This document shows, one piece after another, positions 6,764 through 10,573 of a stretch of DNA of 10,573 nucleotides (the stretch's first letter is position 1; each line of letters begins with the position of its first letter). The notes beneath the pieces are model-generated. The model saw only the letters and a list, made by a program, of their open reading frames with translations, ran no database searches and was not told where the DNA came from. The stretch is from Limisphaerales bacterium (GTDB lineage Bacteria; Verrucomicrobiota; Verrucomicrobiia; Limisphaerales; JAJOIW01). The position numbers and the translations under genes were made by a program. The stretch is from contig CBFHOE010000001.1 of the NCBI GenBank assembly GCA_965657355.1, positions 226,544-237,116 on the forward strand, written 5' to 3'.

Positions 6764-9700
6764 TTAAAATTTAATAGTCGGATTTATTGGGTAATTAATA
6801 TTAATAAAATCCTGTTGAGTAGATATCCATTCCTTCCAACCCAATTCTTCAAGTAGACGTAGCTTTTTTAAATGGTATTTTTTATCTTCCGGTCTGGTAG
6901 TTTTAAGATATGGATTGAGTAGTGCTAAACCCTGGGCCTGTTTATCCATCCTTCTCAGGTGTCTTATGTGAACCAGGATAAAGTCTTTGACTCTGGTATT
7001 CCCCCATTTTTGCAGAGCTTTGAAAGCTACATCGAATGAAGGATTATATTCGAAGTCATCCGGATTATTCAATTTTGCTTGGTCCTCCTGATAGGCTATG
7101 GCTCGCGCCTGTCTGTAAAGTGTATCAGTTAATATAGCGCGTTTATGGTTCGCCGATTTTTTTAATGCTTTTTCAGCCTCAGATAGAAAAGATTCAGGTA
7201 TGTTTAAGATCTTTGCGAGTTGGTCTTGGTCTATTTTAGAAATAAGTAATTCAGCAATCTTCACTATTTCATCTAGTTTTAGTTTGCGGTTTTCGTCATC
7301 AAGCCGGAGGAGTTTTGTGTATATGACTTCAATCCAATCAGGATCCATCTCTATTAAACTTTGATATATTTTGTTAAACCTCTGATTATCTTCCTTATCA
7401 ATCGACTTTAAAAAAGCGAGTCTTGTATTTCGAACTGTCTTTTCAATTCCATCATTGCTTGAAATAACAAATTTGTCCTTTTGGGTGTCGATTTTATTCT
7501 CCGAATCAGATAACGGAACAGTGTAAACAATTCTAGTTTTTTTAGGGTTTGATTCCTCCCAAACCGTACTCGTATCATCTTTTATCCAGGAAACCTCACC
7601 GACCAAAAGATCGCCAGGTTTGGCAATGCTTGGTGTTGCTGTCCCAAATGGAATTCCAGCATAAAATTTAATTGGTGAGCCAGATTTTTTGATCGTCCGC
7701 CCAATGCTTCCTCCTTTGCCTGTGAGGAAATCATCAGGGTTCTTGTAAAACTTTACTGAAGTGTTTTTTACTGGCATTTCCAATGCCAAGGGCGAATTTT
7801 TGATTTTTTCTAATTGTTTGGGGTTCGGGTGTCTAAAGTGGAATAGAAGCTTGTATTGCCCAGCATCAAGCCGAACCGAGTCTGGCCATGTGTCATCAGA
7901 ATAGACGGATTCTCCCGATTCATTTCTGATCTCCCATATTTGCGAGCTGAATTCAGATTCATACAATCGATCTTGAAAAGCGGTTAATATTGGCTTGATG
8001 GTAGTCGCTTTACTTAAGCTAAAATCATACTTGGTGATGAGCTCGTACGCGTAGCCTCCGTTTACTAACTGGTCTCTTTTCTCGAGCAATGGAGAAATAG
8101 ATGCTTCGACGGGCGTTAAAGTTCTCCGCAACTTATCGAGTGAGCCATTCGGTGCGATAATTGTTCTATCCCGAGAATCAGGGGAAGGGTGGATAGTTAT
8201 CTGGGTAAGGCCTTGGGTGCCATCGATGACAAGAGGATTGGGGTGGACTTTATTCCCAAAAAACTGCGCTTGCCATTCGATATTTACAGTCTCACTCTCG
8301 GACCAATAGGGCGCTAAAGCCAACTCTATCGGGACACCTCCCACGACTGGGATCTTTATGGTGTGTAATTTGTTCCTACCCAGACTAATATAATTCCGCT
8401 TTTCGTGGTGGCGGTAATTTCTTCCAGCTATCTTTTGGACTGCATGGAATACAAATCTTTTTTTATCATCTGCCCCATTAGTTCTATTGTATTTTATTTC
8501 AATCCATTGCGCCCAGTTTGGTGGGGTTAAATATGTTCTCTCTATATCCCCGGTATTAAATGCCCCACCTCCTTGGTGAAAATTCGATGGTTCAGTCGCA
8601 ATCTGCGATACCGACGACTTTATGACGGTAATAGGTATTCTGGCTACAGCTCCAAAATTTTCTGATTCTGTTTCATAGACTTCAATGTCGGTAAGAAAAG
8701 GCTGGTTGCCAAGAGATTCAATTTCTTCAGCTTTGAGATTAATCTTTATGTTAATTGTCGCTCCTCCGCTCAAAACTATGGCTTTAGACGGTACGGTGAT
8801 CCAATCGAATTTGGATTTAAAAGTGACTGTCTTTTGAAAATCAACTTTTCTTGAGAGCGGGGCTGATTTAGAAAACCATGGGATTAATGATACTCGGTAG
8901 TCCTTGTTAAAGTCATTTTTTGGTTCTAAAAATAATTGGATGCCTCTAGGGCTATCAGCATCCGAAACCCGAATATCTATCGGAGTGTTTAATGTTACAT
9001 CATTACCAAATTGAATTAACTTTTCATAAGCGTCCAAAGTCTGTATGAGTCCTCGTCCTTGTGCGAACCGGCTTGCATTATTTATCAGTCTTGCCGTCGA
9101 CGAAAGTGCTCTCTCAATTTTTGCAGGCGTATAGGATAGTCCATTCGCTTTCAGTCCTGATAGAATAAGGGCAATGTTCCCACAGGCATTCGGCGCTGCC
9201 ATGGAAGTCCCGTTCATCTGTTGTTTTGATGTTCCTGACCATTGAGGCACAGGGGCATAAGCCCCACCAGGTGCTGCGAAATCAACTCCAGAGTCACCAT
9301 CAAAAGTAGGACCTCTGCTGGACCAAGTGTAAAACCCTTCAGAAATCTCTTCGGGGATTGCATACTGCTCCTTAACCATTGCAGGCGAAATATAAGCTCC
9401 TATGCCAAGTGCCGGTCCTGTTGTGCCACCTGGAGATCCTACAGTATAGAGGGCGGGCCCAGCGTTACCCGCACTCGCGACAAAAATAACATTATCTTCT
9501 CTGACGGTATGGTGAATAAGTTCAGTAATCCTGCCTTTGTCAGGAAGAGTGGTTGGTTCCCCGTAACTCATATTGATGAGGTCGCATTTGTGTCTGACTA
9601 CGGCTGTTAAGGCCCGCTCCATGGCTGTCATGGTTTCCATTGTTCCCAGCCTATTATCGCCTATTTTTATAGAGACAATTTTTGCTCCGGGTGCGACACC

Positions 9701-10573
9701 GTTAAATTCGGGGGTATTAGGGAAGTAACCAGATATTATGCCTGCAACATGAGTTCCGTGAGCTCCCGACTCAGAAATAATAGAAAGAGTTTTTCCATTG
9801 TCGTAAATGTGAACACCAAAGTTGACCCCGAGCTCAGGAGAAAGTGATGCTAGATCATGATTGAAGTCAAAATCGTATAGCAATTGCTCATCTCTAAGGT
9901 CGTTGTTTCCATTCGTGTCGACGACTGCTGCCCATCTAGAGCCATCAAAAAAAGTGATACAGTCATAAATTGGAGAGGGTGGGTCGAAAGATATTTGTAA
10001 GTTGTTGAGCTGTTTTATACGTTCGTTTAATTCTTTTTTCTCGTTGTTTGTAAGGTCTGTTTTAACAAGTTTTTGCTCTATTTCCCTGACGCGCTGACGC
10101 GTCTTTAACGCTCTTTCTTCTTTCTGTTTGCGTTTATAGTTGGATATGGCAGGACCAGGGAAAACCTCATACCCAAGTTTGATACCGACATTAAACTCAG
10201 ATGTCGGATTCTTCCATTTTGGGTCTAAAAGTAATGTGTTGCCCCTGATACCTTTTATGGAATCATTTTTAGATTTCACAGTATGTGACATATCTACGTC
10301 TCCAGAACCCGTGGCATCAATTATATCTATGACTTTGGTTTCGCCGCCAGGGGTGAGTCTAAGTCCATTAGCAGTAGGATCGACACCTGTATCTAAGACG
10401 GCTACAATCACGCCGCTGCCATCGTAATCGGGATTTTTTTCAAGAAATTGGAGGGCCTGAGTTTCCCTTTTTGGCATGACACTAAGAAACCCACTGTCTT
10501 CACTGGAAACTTGAGCGGTGATATTTTGATCTTGAGAAAAAATCCCCAGGATCGCTATCAAGAGAGTTGTTAT
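6764..10573 (-). CDS. tpp2: Tripeptidyl peptidase II homologue (subtilisin family S8 giant exopeptidase); 5'-partial, probable signal peptide
   Basis: Residue numbers count from the track start at 10561. Motifs: MPKRETQALQFL..PDYDG.GV.VAVLDTGVDP (D57), DIIDATGSGDV, a ~210-aa D-H spacing containing a coiled coil, GAHGTHVA (H268), GVAPGAKIVSIKIGD.RLGTME (E309), INMSYGE (E335), SAGNAGP, YTWSSRGP, MNGTSMAAPNACG (S453), and C-terminal LGW...YP...F. All match eukaryotic TPPII. The frame stays open to the window edge (ATA ACA ACT CTC TTG). Stop TAA at 6764-6766. Confidence 0.95.
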   Translation of the reverse strand: MTTLLIAILGIFSQDQNITAQVSSEDSGFLSVMPKRETQALQFLEKNPDYDGSGVIVAVLDTGVDPTANGLRLTPGGETKVIDIIDATGSGDVDMSHTVKSKNDSIKGIRGNTLLLDPKWKNPTSEFNVGIKLGYEVFPGPAISNYKRKQKEERALKTRQRVREIEQKLVKTDLTNNEKKELNERIKQLNNLQISFDPPSPIYDCITFFDGSRWAAVVDTNGNNDLRDEQLLYDFDFNHDLASLSPELGVNFGVHIYDNGKTLSIISESGAHGTHVAGIISGYFPNTPEFNGVAPGAKIVSIKIGDNRLGTMETMTAMERALTAVVRHKCDLINMSYGEPTTLPDKGRITELIHHTVREDNVIFVASAGNAGPALYTVGSPGGTTGPALGIGAYISPAMVKEQYAIPEEISEGFYTWSSRGPTFDGDSGVDFAAPGGAYAPVPQWSGTSKQQMNGTSMAAPNACGNIALILSGLKANGLSYTPAKIERALSSTARLINNASRFAQGRGLIQTLDAYEKLIQFGNDVTLNTPIDIRVSDADSPRGIQLFLEPKNDFNKDYRVSLIPWFSKSAPLSRKVDFQKTVTFKSKFDWITVPSKAIVLSGGATINIKINLKAEEIESLGNQPFLTDIEVYETESENFGAVARIPITVIKSSVSQIATEPSNFHQGGGAFNTGDIERTYLTPPNWAQWIEIKYNRTNGADDKKRFVFHAVQKIAGRNYRHHEKRNYISLGRNKLHTIKIPVVGGVPIELALAPYWSESETVNIEWQAQFFGNKVHPNPLVIDGTQGLTQITIHPSPDSRDRTIIAPNGSLDKLRRTLTPVEASISPLLEKRDQLVNGGYAYELITKYDFSLSKATTIKPILTAFQDRLYESEFSSQIWEIRNESGESVYSDDTWPDSVRLDAGQYKLLFHFRHPNPKQLEKIKNSPLALEMPVKNTSVKFYKNPDDFLTGKGGSIGRTIKKSGSPIKFYAGIPFGTATPSIAKPGDLLVGEVSWIKDDTSTVWEESNPKKTRIVYTVPLSDSENKIDTQKDKFVISSNDGIEKTVRNTRLAFLKSIDKEDNQRFNKIYQSLIEMDPDWIEVIYTKLLRLDDENRKLKLDEIVKIAELLISKIDQDQLAKILNIPESFLSEAEKALKKSANHKRAILTDTLYRQARAIAYQEDQAKLNNPDDFEYNPSFDVAFKALQKWGNTRVKDFILVHIRHLRRMDKQAQGLALLNPYLKTTRPEDKKYHLKKLRLLEELGWKEWISTQQDFININYPINPTIKF

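Noticed and set aside
9242..10427. 122-aa and 95-aa + strand ORFs
   Set aside because: Antisense to the conserved TPPII catalytic domain.
1..10573. CRISPR arrays, tRNA/rRNA, IS elements, tandem repeats, defence systems
   Set aside because: Nearly all sequence is coding and intergenic gaps are at most ~150 nt. By eye I saw no repeats, transposase, integrase or nuclease motifs; an Rfam/Infernal scan was not possible.

Overview
Gene-dense, AT-rich bacterial window with seven protein genes; I saw no RNA genes, mobile elements, repeats or CRISPR arrays. The GlgB N-terminus resembles Verrucomicrobia/PVC proteins (inference from memory only). Left to right: (1) a 5'-truncated fusion of a pyridine nucleotide-disulfide oxidoreductase and selenophosphate synthetase SelD (+); (2) a small Gly-rich membrane protein of unknown function (-); (3) a stand-alone glycogen branching enzyme glgB (+); then four co-directional minus-strand genes, in transcription order: (7) a eukaryote-like tripeptidyl peptidase II (TPPII, >1265 aa, 5'-truncated) with an apparent signal peptide, (6) a low-molecular-weight protein tyrosine phosphatase (LMW-PTP), (5) a fructosamine/ribulosamine 3-kinase (FN3K family), and (4) an AIG2/gamma-glutamyl cyclotransferase (GGCT). 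The best leads are the apparently exported, propeptide-less bacterial TPPII and the LMW-PTP + FN3K + GGCT unit, which looks like a protein-damage (deglycation and isopeptide) repair or salvage module.
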